A DNA stretch of 33,496 bases from an uncultured Lachnospiraceae bacterium (GCA_964403405.1 CAYOGO010000001.1:1-33496); one strand, 5' to 3'; shown: positions 16,735 through 25,500, counted from the stretch's first letter. Notes: generated by a model not told the origin, from the letters alone. Program-made: numbers and translations.

Positions 16735-17254
16735 AAATATCCCCCATCTTATCTTGACATTCTTTCAAAAACGCTTTCAGATCGTTTTCGTTCATAAGTT
16801 CTTTGAGTTTTGCATAGAACAACTCATTTTGAATCCGTTCTCGACGTTTTTGCACGCCAGATTTGGCAATTTTTAACGCTCTTTCGGTATGCATCTTTTC
16901 AATATGTAGCTTTCTAAGTTGATTCTTTTTAATTGATAATGCCACTCCTGCCCTGTCAAACCACGCCTTGCACTCTCTGCTCATTGGTTTGTCGCGCTTT
17001 GTCTTTGCAATGGTCATTTTAGCTTTGATGCCTGTAATTTCCTCGTCGAGTTCATCAATGTCGCGGTCTATATCATCGAGTTCATCGGAAATTGCTACTA
17101 CATCACTTGCGTTGCAATCTTCATATCTAAAATGCTTACACGTTTCCCTGTCCTCGTAAGCACAAGCGGTTTCCTCAATCGTTTCTGCCGAGGAATAATC
17201 AGAATGCCAAAATTCCAAGCAGACATTAAAGTGTTCACAATCTCCGCATCTCAT
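16721..17254 (-). CDS. hypothetical protein with N-terminal Cys cluster and coiled-coil (177 aa)
   Basis: ATG at 17254 lies 8 nt after AAGGAGA and 1 nt after the upstream TGA. The track's 17320 start would overlap by 65 nt. Confidence 0.65.
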   Translation of the reverse strand: MRCGDCEHFNVCLEFWHSDYSSAETIEETACAYEDRETCKHFRYEDCNASDVVAISDELDDIDRDIDELDEEITGIKAKMTIAKTKRDKPMSRECKAWFDRAGVALSIKKNQLRKLHIEKMHTERALKIAKSGVQKRRERIQNELFYAKLKELMNENDLKAFLKECQDKMGDIYAHQ

Positions 17255-17255
17255 A

Positions 17256-17735
17256 TCACATCTCTCCTTGATACTTTTTGATAGAAAATCTATCGGTGTA
17301 GTCTTCTTGCTCGTGGTCACCCCACACCAATACCTCGGTACACCCTGTCGGCGTATCTGATTTACTCTGCATCTCCTTGCGAACTAATGCGATGTCCTGA
17401 TCAACAATCTTTGTTGCCGTTTCCTCGAGATAAATTGTTATCTCTTGGTTGTTACCACCAGCATTATAAGCCTCCGCAACAATCACGTGTGTTTCGTCAA
17501 AAGGAATACTAATCTTTTTGTTGCCTGTCAATGGAGTGCCATCTTCGATTTTGAAATACTTTCTAATACCCTGAAGCATTTCTTCGTCTTCGATAAAGAA
17601 AATATCCCTATGTTTATCAGATTGAATTTGACCAAGTACATTTGATATGAACTGACCAAATCTCCAATCAGGAACTCTTTCCCAAGTTGCGGCGAGCTGC
17701 TCACAGAACTCTTTTATGCGTTTTGGCTCTCTCAT
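17256..17735 (-). CDS. hypothetical protein (159 aa)
   Basis: ORF overlapping the upstream stop by 4 nt. Confidence 0.7.
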   Translation of the reverse strand: MREPKRIKEFCEQLAATWERVPDWRFGQFISNVLGQIQSDKHRDIFFIEDEEMLQGIRKYFKIEDGTPLTGNKKISIPFDETHVIVAEAYNAGGNNQEITIYLEETATKIVDQDIALVRKEMQSKSDTPTGCTEVLVWGDHEQEDYTDRFSIKKYQGEM

Positions 17736-18052
17736 ACCGCACCTCTATTCATTACGGTATCGAAATCCATTAACTCCGTGGCAACTACTTCGTCAAAGTG
17801 CTGATCACCCCACATATTGTACTGGTACTCTCCGACAATCGGAGCCAGAGGTGTGTTGGTCGGTGCTCCAAAAGCACTTCTGATTGTGTCAACCTTGTCC
17901 GTATCAAAGCTGTCGCAACAGCACAAACCGGGAACAATTCCACGTCTGGTCTGACACAAGACCATATCACCCGCTTTCAAAGTTCTTCCATCAGGAACTC
18001 TAAAAATGTACTTTCCATCACCTGTGTGTTTAATGATTACAATTCTTTCCAT
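17732..18052 (-). CDS. hypothetical protein (106 aa)
   Basis: ORF with a GAAAGGAAATCGGT-ATG start context. It is the first gene after paralogous leader A. Confidence 0.65.
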   Translation of the reverse strand: MERIVIIKHTGDGKYIFRVPDGRTLKAGDMVLCQTRRGIVPGLCCCDSFDTDKVDTIRSAFGAPTNTPLAPIVGEYQYNMWGDQHFDEVVATELMDFDTVMNRGAV

Positions 18053-18430
18053 ACCGATTTCCTTTCTCTGACTATTTACAATCCACGTAGTGTAAAGCTT
18101 GGTCGTAATCCTGAGGATGTCTCGAGAACAAGCTCTGGACAGCGTTAATCATCTGCGAATAGGTGGCTTTCGATTGATGTTTCGTAGAAAAAGTTTAATA
18201 TTTTCTTTGAAAAGATACCAAATTCGTGGAGGATTGGTCTTGACAATCGGACAACTGATTGCGATGACGGCTTCGTGAGCGTTCGTTTCTGGGCAGGCAT
18301 CTCCTTGGATACCGTCCGCCCGCCAGTGGGTTCTTCCGACATTTTGTTACCTTGAATATCATCCAAGGCACCCATCTAATGATGAGCAATAACGATTGTA
18401 AATTAGTTTTTATTTAATCAAACTTGTATT

Positions 18431-18619
18431 TTATTTGCGAGCGTCTGCAATTGACGCAATCATATTGGCGCTGACTATGCCAAAGTTGATTCCAAGCAAC
18501 CAAATATAAAGGTTGTCATTTGTTGCTGTAACGATGTTAAAAATACCAAGGATTGTAAGCAGTATCAGCCAAACGGCATCCAATATTACTCGATTCCATC
18601 TGTTCCAAAACTTTCTCAT
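18431..18619 (-). CDS. small two-TM membrane protein (62 aa)
   Basis: Two hydrophobic segments (ILDAVWLILLTILGIF and LLGINFGIVSANMIASI). The ATG overlaps the DGR RT stop by 4 nt. Confidence 0.55.
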   Translation of the reverse strand: MRKFWNRWNRVILDAVWLILLTILGIFNIVTATNDNLYIWLLGINFGIVSANMIASIADARK

Positions 18620-19659
18620 ATTGCCTCCTGTGCTGTATTATTAAATAGCTGCGATACGAATTCATCCATACTTTCCAATAGTCTGTGACAGTTTCCGTGA
18701 GATGCGTGATTTTTCCAAGGCTCATACTTCTCTGTGAACGATTCCATCGTCATCTTCCCATTGATTACAAGTCTTGCGTACTTTCTCAATCTTTTCTTGA
18801 TTTGTCGTTTGTTTTCGCCAGTTAATCGACGAATGATAACACCGTCTTCGGTAATGTATGTATGAAATCCAAGAAATCTCAACCCTTTGCGTATCGACAC
18901 GATTTCCGTTTTATTGTTCAAAGTCAGGTGTAAAGTATCGAGATATTCTTCAATACGCTTGAGGCAATACTTCAAATATTCTTTGTCTTCGGATATTAGA
19001 TAAAAGTCATCCATATATCTTCCGTAATACTTACACCCGAGCTCTTCGGTAATAAAGATGTCAAGCCCCGCCAGATAAATCAAAGCGAAAACCTGACTGC
19101 ACTGATTACCAAGCGGCAGACCGTTCCCGTCTGTGCTGTCTATAAACAGATCGCACAACCACTGGATCTCCTCGTCCGTGAAATACTGACGAATGATTGC
19201 TTTCATCACATCGTGATCAATGCTATAAAAGAACTTCGTTATATCACACTTGAGAATATATCCATCGCATCCGTGTTCTTGGTAGAACAAACGCATATTC
19301 TCGGAAAGCCGGTCTAACCCAAACAAGGTTCCTTTCCCAATCTGTCCTGCGTAATTGTCTTTAATGAAAACTTCTTTCATTCTCGGCAATAATACGTAGT
19401 CACATAGGCAGTGCTGTAAAACCTTGTCGCGGAAAGAACCTGATTTGATGTTTCGCGGTTTGGGTTCAGTGACAACAAATTCTGCGTAAGGAGATATTTG
19501 GTATGTATGTTCAATCAACTGTCGCCTCATAACGCATATGTTTTCAAGTGCCATAGCGTCAAATTTTATAGCGCCTTTCTTTTTTCCCTTTCCCCTCATA
19601 GACTTCTTGTATGACTTATACAAGTTGCCGAAATCTGTTACAATCTGAAAATCTCCCAT
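18616..19659 (-). CDS. diversity-generating retroelement (DGR) reverse transcriptase
   Basis: RT motifs include the DGR-specific LPLGNQCSQ ([I/L]GxxxSQ) and YMDDF. The gene lies immediately downstream of the TR. Confidence 0.92.
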   Translation of the reverse strand: MGDFQIVTDFGNLYKSYKKSMRGKGKKKGAIKFDAMALENICVMRRQLIEHTYQISPYAEFVVTEPKPRNIKSGSFRDKVLQHCLCDYVLLPRMKEVFIKDNYAGQIGKGTLFGLDRLSENMRLFYQEHGCDGYILKCDITKFFYSIDHDVMKAIIRQYFTDEEIQWLCDLFIDSTDGNGLPLGNQCSQVFALIYLAGLDIFITEELGCKYYGRYMDDFYLISEDKEYLKYCLKRIEEYLDTLHLTLNNKTEIVSIRKGLRFLGFHTYITEDGVIIRRLTGENKRQIKKRLRKYARLVINGKMTMESFTEKYEPWKNHASHGNCHRLLESMDEFVSQLFNNTAQEAI

Positions 19660-19773
19660 AATATTCCTTTGTATTTATCCCACATCCTGTGAGAAAGGTT
19701 ATATGCTCTTTTGATAGTGTGGAGCACTCCTTGTAGCCACCGAAGTGACTTATAGACCTCACTTATCCACCAG

Positions 19774-19856
19774 AACGGGCGAACGCCGCCGTTGTCATTG
19801 TCGCAGTCGTTCCAGTTCAGAACGCCATTCGAGTTGACGTAGCAAACGTTACGAGC
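19774..19856 (-). repeat. DGR template repeat (TR), 83 nt
   Basis: Aligns over 83 nt with 20282-20364 (9 differences) and 29482-29564 (10 differences). Every difference is at a plus-strand T of the TR, which is A on the transcribed minus strand. Confidence 0.92.
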
Positions 19857-19881
19857 ATCAGCATATAGCCTAAAACATCAA

Positions 19882-20244
19882 TCAGGTCTTCCGCCAAGCA
19901 AGTGTCATATTTTTGATGTCGTGAACCAAGCCAGTCCACGTCTCGCTTGTGGCATAACTAATGAGGTGAGCGTGAAGACTATACTTCACAAGACTCATAA
20001 GCTTATTACACTTTGTAATTGCGCTTGTCTGTAACTCAAACCTCTTTGCTTTGTGTTGTGGCGTTTCAGCTCTATATCCGTTAGCATCAAGAATATCACT
20101 ATGGATATCAAGTGCGTATTCTTGGAGCCGAGTAGCCAATCTTTGAAATTTAACGGGATAATGACTTCGGTTGGTGGTTATGTCAAAAATCGAGAAGTAA
20201 AGTGCCTCGCTCTTTCCCGCAATTTCAAATGTTGTTTCTGGCAT
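19882..20244 (-). CDS. avd: DGR accessory variability determinant (Avd-like four-helix-bundle protein)
   Basis: 120-aa helical basic protein located between the target gene and the TR, which is the canonical position and size. Confidence 0.7.
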   Translation of the reverse strand: MPETTFEIAGKSEALYFSIFDITTNRSHYPVKFQRLATRLQEYALDIHSDILDANGYRAETPQHKAKRFELQTSAITKCNKLMSLVKYSLHAHLISYATSETWTGLVHDIKNMTLAWRKT

Positions 20245-20250
20245 AGTGTG

Positions 20251-20853
20251 TTAAATCAAGAGAGAAGATTTCAAGATACAAAACGGGCGAACGCCGCCGC
20301 TGCCAATGTCGCAGGCGTTCCAGTCCAGAACGCCATTCGAGCGGACGCAGCAAACGTCACGAGCGTATCCCTCTACATCTGCACTTACTCTTGTCGCCGT
20401 ATGCCACCAACTTCCGTATGCGGGCAAGAATTTTCTGTACGCTCTGTATCTTTCTGTCGTCAGAATAGACACATAGTCTTCACAAACCTTTACTCCCGTT
20501 CCGTCATCAGCCGTCAGGTCTGTCTGATGCTTCACGATATTTTCCTTACCTACAGCACCTGCGATTTCCTTATAGAAATCGTTATTCAAGTAGGCGCGGA
20601 TATCGCTGTTGAGATAATCGCCCGTCTTTCCGAACGCCATCTTCTTAACGAAATCCTTGGCGATAACCGCCGTAACACCATTCAGATGCTGAAGAACAAT
20701 GTATTCTCTTTTGCCGAGCTTAATAATCGCTCCGGGCTCGTGCTCTCCAAGAGCTTTACATCCCTCGGGAGACAATGTAATAATAACAGTACCGTCATTC
20801 TCGCTCGTTGTTACCCTTACGTTGGGTGCGTTGTTTACAATTTCAACTCTCAT
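20251..20853 (-). CDS. DGR target protein 1 (C-type-lectin-fold variable C-terminus)
   Basis: ATG at 20853 after AGGAGAAAATCA. The C-terminus ...WWHTATRVS...NGVLDWNACDIGSGGVRPFCIL contains VR1. Confidence 0.85.
   Translation of the reverse strand: MRVEIVNNAPNVRVTTSENDGTVIITLSPEGCKALGEHEPGAIIKLGKREYIVLQHLNGVTAVIAKDFVKKMAFGKTGDYLNSDIRAYLNNDFYKEIAGAVGKENIVKHQTDLTADDGTGVKVCEDYVSILTTERYRAYRKFLPAYGSWWHTATRVSADVEGYARDVCCVRSNGVLDWNACDIGSGGVRPFCILKSSLLI
20282..20364 (-). repeat. DGR variable repeat VR1
   Basis: 83-nt match to the TR with 9 A-site substitutions. It ends 31 nt before the stop codon. A GC-rich IMH-like GGCGGCGTTCGCCCG lies at its 3' end. Confidence 0.9.
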
Positions 20854-20881
20854 TGATTTTCTCCTGTTATGTAAAAGATTT

Positions 20882-21418
20882 TTAAGAAACACGGAGTACA
20901 CCTCCGTTCACTTCCGTATATCCATCTTCGCTTAGTAACTCCCCAAGCTTTTCGTAGTCTATACATTCAAGAAGCGTTTCCTTGCTGAACATTCCATCGT
21001 CTGCGAATTGCTCAGCAAGTTCGGTCAAAGTAGTTCTTGGATAGAAATCGACATCTCTGTCCTCGACCTTGTCGATTGCATCTTCCAACGAATATCCTTC
21101 GCTATCTATTAACGCTACCATCGCGTCATATTCATAGTCCTGTAAGTCCTCAATGCGTTCAACCAAGTCGCTCGCACTGTATGGATTCTCACAATCGGAC
21201 TGAGTTAAAATCTCGGAACTAAAGTCCAAAACCTCATATGTGTCTGACGGACTATCTCCAGCCATCAAACTGTCAAAGTCGTACTCTGCGTCTGGATCAA
21301 TTCCCATTTCTTCTAACATCTCGTTGAATTCGTTTTCCGTAAACGGTAAATCAATCCACCTCGGTGCGACCTGACGATTACTGCTTCCTATGAGCAGTTT
21401 GGAATAAGTATTTATCAT
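20882..21418 (-). CDS. ardA: ArdA-like antirestriction (DNA-mimic) protein
   Basis: APRWIDLPFTENEFNEMLEEMGID...EY and the C-terminal CIDYEKLGELLSEDGYTEVNGGVLRV parallel Tn916 ArdA (GAWFTFPIDFEEVKEKIGL...; NYIDYQAYGRDL...HGIFEIV). Highly acidic. ATG at 21418 after GAGAGGTG. Confidence 0.6.
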   Translation of the reverse strand: MINTYSKLLIGSSNRQVAPRWIDLPFTENEFNEMLEEMGIDPDAEYDFDSLMAGDSPSDTYEVLDFSSEILTQSDCENPYSASDLVERIEDLQDYEYDAMVALIDSEGYSLEDAIDKVEDRDVDFYPRTTLTELAEQFADDGMFSKETLLECIDYEKLGELLSEDGYTEVNGGVLRVS

Positions 21419-21420
21419 AT

Positions 21421-21951
21421 TCACCTCTCGTCTTCCGCCCATTCAACTATCAGCTCTTCCAAAAAAGCCACATCTTCTTGTGGAATTGGTCGCGCCAACC
21501 ATTGTGTGCCGTATATAAATCCTCTATCGTCTTCCAGACCGATTTCTTTAAGGTACGCCCTTGCGGCAGAGTAATCATATTTATTTTGTTTCTTCCATTC
21601 TTTCAGAGCCAACTCTTGGACTTGTGTTCCAGCAGTTAAATCGTTAAGATGGTACGCTCTCCATATTCTAACGAGTCTATCGAAAGATGCAAGTTCAAGT
21701 TCTGGTACTCTTTCTCGATACATCTCGACTATTCGCTCTATGCACTGATCGCCGTATCTGCCTTTTCGTGGTGAAGCACATATACTAAGAACTGGTATAT
21801 TGTCTGCCTGCAAAGTGTCATACCGAATCACATTCTTTTCTGTCAAGCTTATTTCAAATTGCAAACATCTTGTGCTCTTTCTGAAGTATTTGCCGAGCTT
21901 CGCAAACTTTCCGCACGGCATTAACCGTAGATATATCGTATGTTCCTTCAT
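21421..21951 (-). CDS. hypothetical protein (176 aa)
   Basis: ATG at 21951 lies 5 nt after GGAGG. Confidence 0.65.
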   Translation of the reverse strand: MKEHTIYLRLMPCGKFAKLGKYFRKSTRCLQFEISLTEKNVIRYDTLQADNIPVLSICASPRKGRYGDQCIERIVEMYRERVPELELASFDRLVRIWRAYHLNDLTAGTQVQELALKEWKKQNKYDYSAARAYLKEIGLEDDRGFIYGTQWLARPIPQEDVAFLEELIVEWAEDER

Positions 21952-21962
21952 ACGCACCTCCG

Positions 21963-22772
21963 TTACACAGAAGTTATTCCAATTACATCTTCCCAGCTAA
22001 GACCATTGTCTTCCACATCTGGTTCTTCTGTACATACTGGCATATCTTCTGCTTCGTCGTCTGGGTCGTCCTCCCACTCGTCTTCCTCGAAGTCGTCTTC
22101 TGTATATCCCCATATGTCCATTGCTAACGCACGGTCGTCCTCTACATCGAGCTCGCTTCCATATCCTTCGCTATACCACATCTGCCCGCAATTGTTTCCG
22201 ATATCTTCATCAGCCCAACGGTGAGTGAAGTCAAGGTCTGGATATTTTTCAGCCAGAGCCTCAATAATCGGGAATGGCGCAGACCAAGCGGTCTGAAACA
22301 CCAACATTCCTTCATCGAGACTCCATTCAGCGTTACAAGCATTCCACTTTGTGCCCCAGTTACGACGACACCAGTCAAACCAAGTGTAACAACCGTAATG
22401 TTCTCGATTGTACATATACTGCTTACCGTCTTCGTAAAGTTTGTCCCATACTTCGGGAGACGTCTCTGTGGAATTCTTGAGCCGCGAAACGACTTCGTTA
22501 GCCCAGTCGTTGTTAAAACAATTGGAGATCAACCCAGAAAGGTTTGTTTGCTCGACGGGAATTGTCAACCGTTCCGTAACATAATAAGCAATCGCTCTGT
22601 CTGTATTTGAGCCCGACTCAATATTCAGAGACTCAGGCATAGGAATGAGCTTGTTGAAGTCAAATGCTCGTTCTTCGTTTTCTGTCGATAGCTTTAACTC
22701 GCGGACTAACGCCGCAACTTTTTCGTCACCGATATTTTCAAAAATAATTTCGTTTTGTACCCAGTTTGGCAT
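21963..22772 (-). CDS. DUF1281/Api92-like protein with acidic tail
   Basis: MPNWVQNEI...RNWGTKWNA...FQTAWSAPFP pattern, remembered from plasmid and phage ferredoxin-like DUF1281 proteins. The C-terminal 60 aa are extremely D/E-rich. Confidence 0.55.
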   Translation of the reverse strand: MPNWVQNEIIFENIGDEKVAALVRELKLSTENEERAFDFNKLIPMPESLNIESGSNTDRAIAYYVTERLTIPVEQTNLSGLISNCFNNDWANEVVSRLKNSTETSPEVWDKLYEDGKQYMYNREHYGCYTWFDWCRRNWGTKWNACNAEWSLDEGMLVFQTAWSAPFPIIEALAEKYPDLDFTHRWADEDIGNNCGQMWYSEGYGSELDVEDDRALAMDIWGYTEDDFEEDEWEDDPDDEAEDMPVCTEEPDVEDNGLSWEDVIGITSV

Positions 22773-22782
22773 TACTCCTCCT

Positions 22783-22974
22783 TTATGAGACTGTCAATCT
22801 CCCATCAAATGTGATTGGAGTATGATGCACCATTCCTGCTGATTGCCTAAAACGGTACTTGAGGTTGGATATCGCTCGTGCTTCTGAAACAGCCCAAGTG
22901 GAGGCTCTCCAGTGTCTCGCAGCCAGATTATCGAAAGCGTAGACTGCGCCTTCATATGTGTATTTTCTGCTCAT
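22783..22974 (-). CDS. hypothetical protein (63 aa)
   Basis: ATG at 22974 lies 6 nt after AAAGGAG. It is the first gene after paralogous leader B. Confidence 0.55.
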   Translation of the reverse strand: MSRKYTYEGAVYAFDNLAARHWRASTWAVSEARAISNLKYRFRQSAGMVHHTPITFDGRLTVS

Positions 22975-23314
22975 AAATTCTCCTTTCACTATTTGCTTGT
23001 TATTGATTCCTTACAATCCAACGCGGTTGAAGCTCATCAGAAAGATTTCTTCTGAAGAAGTATTTCAGCTCAATTTTGATGTCTTTGAAAGTATCGAGTT
23101 CGTTTGTTTTCAAGGTTTTCCTTTGAAAACAACAGCAATAACATTGGGATTTTCGGTAGTTTCTGCACTTGCGAGCAGTTTCCTGTGGCAAACGGTTCGC
23201 CAGCAATGTGCTGCGCCAACGTCTTCCTTCGGAAGCCGGCTCTCCATCGTCTCGCTTCTTCGGACATTGTGTCACGTTTGATATCATCAAACGCATCATC
23301 AAACAAAGTTAATG

Positions 23315-23344
23315 ATAATAGCGATTGTAAGCTGTATCCGTCAA
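23315..23344 (-). promoter_or_regulatory. candidate sigma-A-type promoter (TTGACG-18-TATTAT)
   Basis: Minus-strand cTTGACGgatacagcttacaatcgcTATTATc at the head of leader B. Confidence 0.4.
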
Positions 23345-23400
23345 GATACTCAAAAATTCTTGGTGGCTTGTAAGCTTGAAAGAATTTTTCTTGAAAATTC

Positions 23401-23456
23401 CTCCTCTGTCGTAGAACAAATCTGCGCCTTGCGCAGATTTGTTCTTCGTCTGAGGA
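23401..23456. other. perfect 14-bp inverted repeat inside an extended CTCCTC/GAGGAG stem
   Basis: GAACAAATCTGCGC-ctt-GCGCAGATTTGTTC (23414-23444), flanked by ctcctc...gaggag. No U-tract on either strand. Confidence 0.6.
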
Positions 23457-23569
23457 GCGAATTTTTAGTAATCATCGTTGTATTGCATTCGGTATGACCA
23501 GATGCTCTATCAAATAAGGGGAATATGTATGTGATAGAAAGACCTATCCAGACGGATAATTATGTTTAA

Positions 23570-24712
23570 TTACGGATTAAGCAAAGCCTTCGCCGTAGCT
23601 AAAACATCTTTATTGAATTTTGTGGAGTACGCATTGAGAATTTTGTCAATCTCCTCGCCCTCTACCATCTTGTAGTAGGCAACGAGACCAAGGAAATGCT
23701 GTACGTCCTCGAGTTCCCAAGCAACGCCTTTCGCATCGTCAGTCATAAACTGGAAGATCATTGCTTTGAAGACCTTTTTCTTTTCGTGACCGATTGTAAT
23801 CTTGTTCTCTTTGTTGAGCATAACTCCCAAATTCCAGTTTCTTCCCGCCGAAGAACCATATCTGGTCTTCTCTGCGTTAAGCGTAAACGGAGCTGAGAAC
23901 TGATTGAAAATGTCGGTTATCTTGTTCTGCACGGCCGTCCAATGGAAACTGAACTGGCTGGAAATCAACATATCGTCAGCGTATCTTGTATAACAAAGAT
24001 GCGGACTGTATTCACGACACATCTTTGCAATCGCGTGATCGATGGGAATCATCATCATATTCGTCAGCATTGGACTGGTGGGCGTTCCCTGCGGCAAACC
24101 GCCATTCAGGAAACAAAGAGATAATGCTTTTTGAAGCACCTCTCTGTATCCGTAATCATAATTTACGAACACACAAAACGGATAAAGCTCGCAGAGCATA
24201 TCCATCAAAAACTTCTCTGTAGTGGACGGAAAGAAACCCTGTGCATCGAGTTTTAAGAACCAACGGGAGTTGTTTGTCTGGTGACGCTTTACGCTGTCAA
24301 TCGTGCTTCTACCGTGAACATACGCAAAAGCGGTAGTATGATAGGATGCGAAAAATTTCTTTTCGAGAATTTCTTTCAGCTCTCTCAAAGCCTTCATCAG
24401 CTCGTCTTGGGGAGCATCTATCTTACGCAAACCGCCACTTCTTTTAGGAATTTTGAAACTTCTATAAAGCACAGACTTATCTTCCGTATTGATAAGACCT
24501 GCGTACTTTTCGTTAAAAGCCACGAGAGCTTCATACATACCACGGAAGTTTGTCTTTTCGATCAAATTGGGGTTAATGTTGTTTGTGAGCCACGTCCTTG
24601 TGTCTCTGGTGTCTTTCGCCGGCATAAAATCCGACTCACTACATCCGTTCAGGATATCGTCAAACGTGAGCTGATACGTTCTCGGTTCGACATTTACGGT
24701 AATATACGGCAT
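23570..24712 (-). CDS. retron-type reverse transcriptase (380 aa)
   Basis: Block-by-block similarity to the Ec86 RT: FKIPKRSGGLRKIDAP, KLDAQGFFPS, GLPQGTPTSPMLTN, YTRYADDMLIS and LGVMLNKENKITIGHEKKKVFKAMI (the VTG-region equivalent). ATG at 24712 after AAAGGAAC. Confidence 0.85.
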   Translation of the reverse strand: MPYITVNVEPRTYQLTFDDILNGCSESDFMPAKDTRDTRTWLTNNINPNLIEKTNFRGMYEALVAFNEKYAGLINTEDKSVLYRSFKIPKRSGGLRKIDAPQDELMKALRELKEILEKKFFASYHTTAFAYVHGRSTIDSVKRHQTNNSRWFLKLDAQGFFPSTTEKFLMDMLCELYPFCVFVNYDYGYREVLQKALSLCFLNGGLPQGTPTSPMLTNMMMIPIDHAIAKMCREYSPHLCYTRYADDMLISSQFSFHWTAVQNKITDIFNQFSAPFTLNAEKTRYGSSAGRNWNLGVMLNKENKITIGHEKKKVFKAMIFQFMTDDAKGVAWELEDVQHFLGLVAYYKMVEGEEIDKILNAYSTKFNKDVLATAKALLNP

Positions 24713-24725
24713 ATTGTTCCTTTCT

Positions 24726-25054
24726 TTCTGTAATCGCGAGGTACAGATGACTGTCTGAAGACTCACCGCGGTCGGCGATGCATCTTCTGCGTCGTCATCG
24801 CAAGGTTAACAGGCGGTAGTCGGGTGGGCAAAGCTGTAAGGAAAACGGGTGTGATTTGGTAATGACGGGTTGGTTTCAAGTAAATTTAATATTAACTTGA
24901 CACTTATCCGCACGAAATGGCTCCGAGCACCTCGTTACTCCTGATGGAGGCGTCACGCCTTCTGTCCCACTGGGGCTGCCATCTCTTGACATTTTGGTAC
25001 TTTCGGTAAAACCCAAAGCCTTGTGTCCGAAGAAACAAGAATAACATTACAGAA
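24726..25054 (-). ncRNA. candidate RT-associated ncRNA (retron msr-msd-like)
   Basis: 329-nt region free of ORFs >=60 aa between rnhA and the RT. It is bounded by the 9-nt inverted repeat TTCTGTAAT (25054-25046) / ATTACAGAA (24734-24726), with a G right after the 5' arm. A UUCG-capped hairpin lies at ~25020-25040, and there are several GC hairpins. Confidence 0.4.
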
Positions 25055-25059
25055 TTGTT

Positions 25060-25500
25060 TTATTTTTGATTGTTGGTGTAAGCCTCTACGGCAAGTTGGT
25101 CACAGCGCTCGTTTTCTGGGTGACCATTATGTCCTTTGATCCAAACAAATTTGACTTTGTGAACCTTGAGTAGCGATAAGAGTTCTTCCCATAAGTCTGA
25201 GTTCTGGGCAGGCTTACGGTTAGACTTTCTCCAACCATTTGCCTTCCAGCTTTCAGCCCAACCTTTCTCAATGCCGTTTACAACGTACTGAGAATCGGTT
25301 GTCAAAACAACCTCGCACGGCTCTCTTAATGCATACAGTGCTTGAATAGCAGCCGTCAACTCCATTCGGTTGTTCGTCGTGTCTGGGTTAAACCCCGATA
25401 ATTCTTTGATCGCGGAGCCGTACCTTAATACGGCTCCCCAACCACCACTTCCGGGATTGCCAGAGCACGCCCCGTCTGTGAATATTTCGACACGCTTCAT
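25060..25500 (-). CDS. rnhA: ribonuclease HI
   Basis: [25 protein letters not shown]...TTNNRMEL...TDSQYV...[16 protein letters not shown] is near-collinear with E. coli RNase HI, with the DEDD residues present. ATG at 25500 after GAGGAA. Confidence 0.95.
   Translation of the reverse strand: MKRVEIFTDGACSGNPGSGGWGAVLRYGSAIKELSGFNPDTTNNRMELTAAIQALYALREPCEVVLTTDSQYVVNGIEKGWAESWKANGWRKSNRKPAQNSDLWEELLSLLKVHKVKFVWIKGHNGHPENERCDQLAVEAYTNNQK

Noticed and set aside
18145-18375. 76-aa ORF (and 23070-23306, 78 aa; 23000-23302, 100 aa) as real proteins
   Set aside because: There is no SD. The products are Arg-rich and low-complexity, and several overlapping frames are open. The similarity between the two loci is strongest at nucleotide level and collapses after the first few codons. 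They are treated as leader or ncRNA instead, and the 65-codon coincidence is noted in the findings.
20053-20856. 267-aa plus-strand ORF across avd and DGR target 1
   Set aside because: It is antisense to two genes with clear functional signatures (VR/TR logic and the Avd position), and its product has odd composition. This is a shadow ORF. The same reasoning applies to 25370-26185(+), 8409-9056(+), 5544-6122(+), 1157-1927(+) and 32042-32536(+).
24880-25000. TTGACA hexamers on the plus strand (about 24896 and 24987) as promoters
   Set aside because: Neither has an acceptable -10 box at 16-18 nt spacing, and no plus-strand gene lies downstream. The minus-strand TTGACA at 33186-33191 is also rejected because its spacing to TATGCT is only 12 nt.
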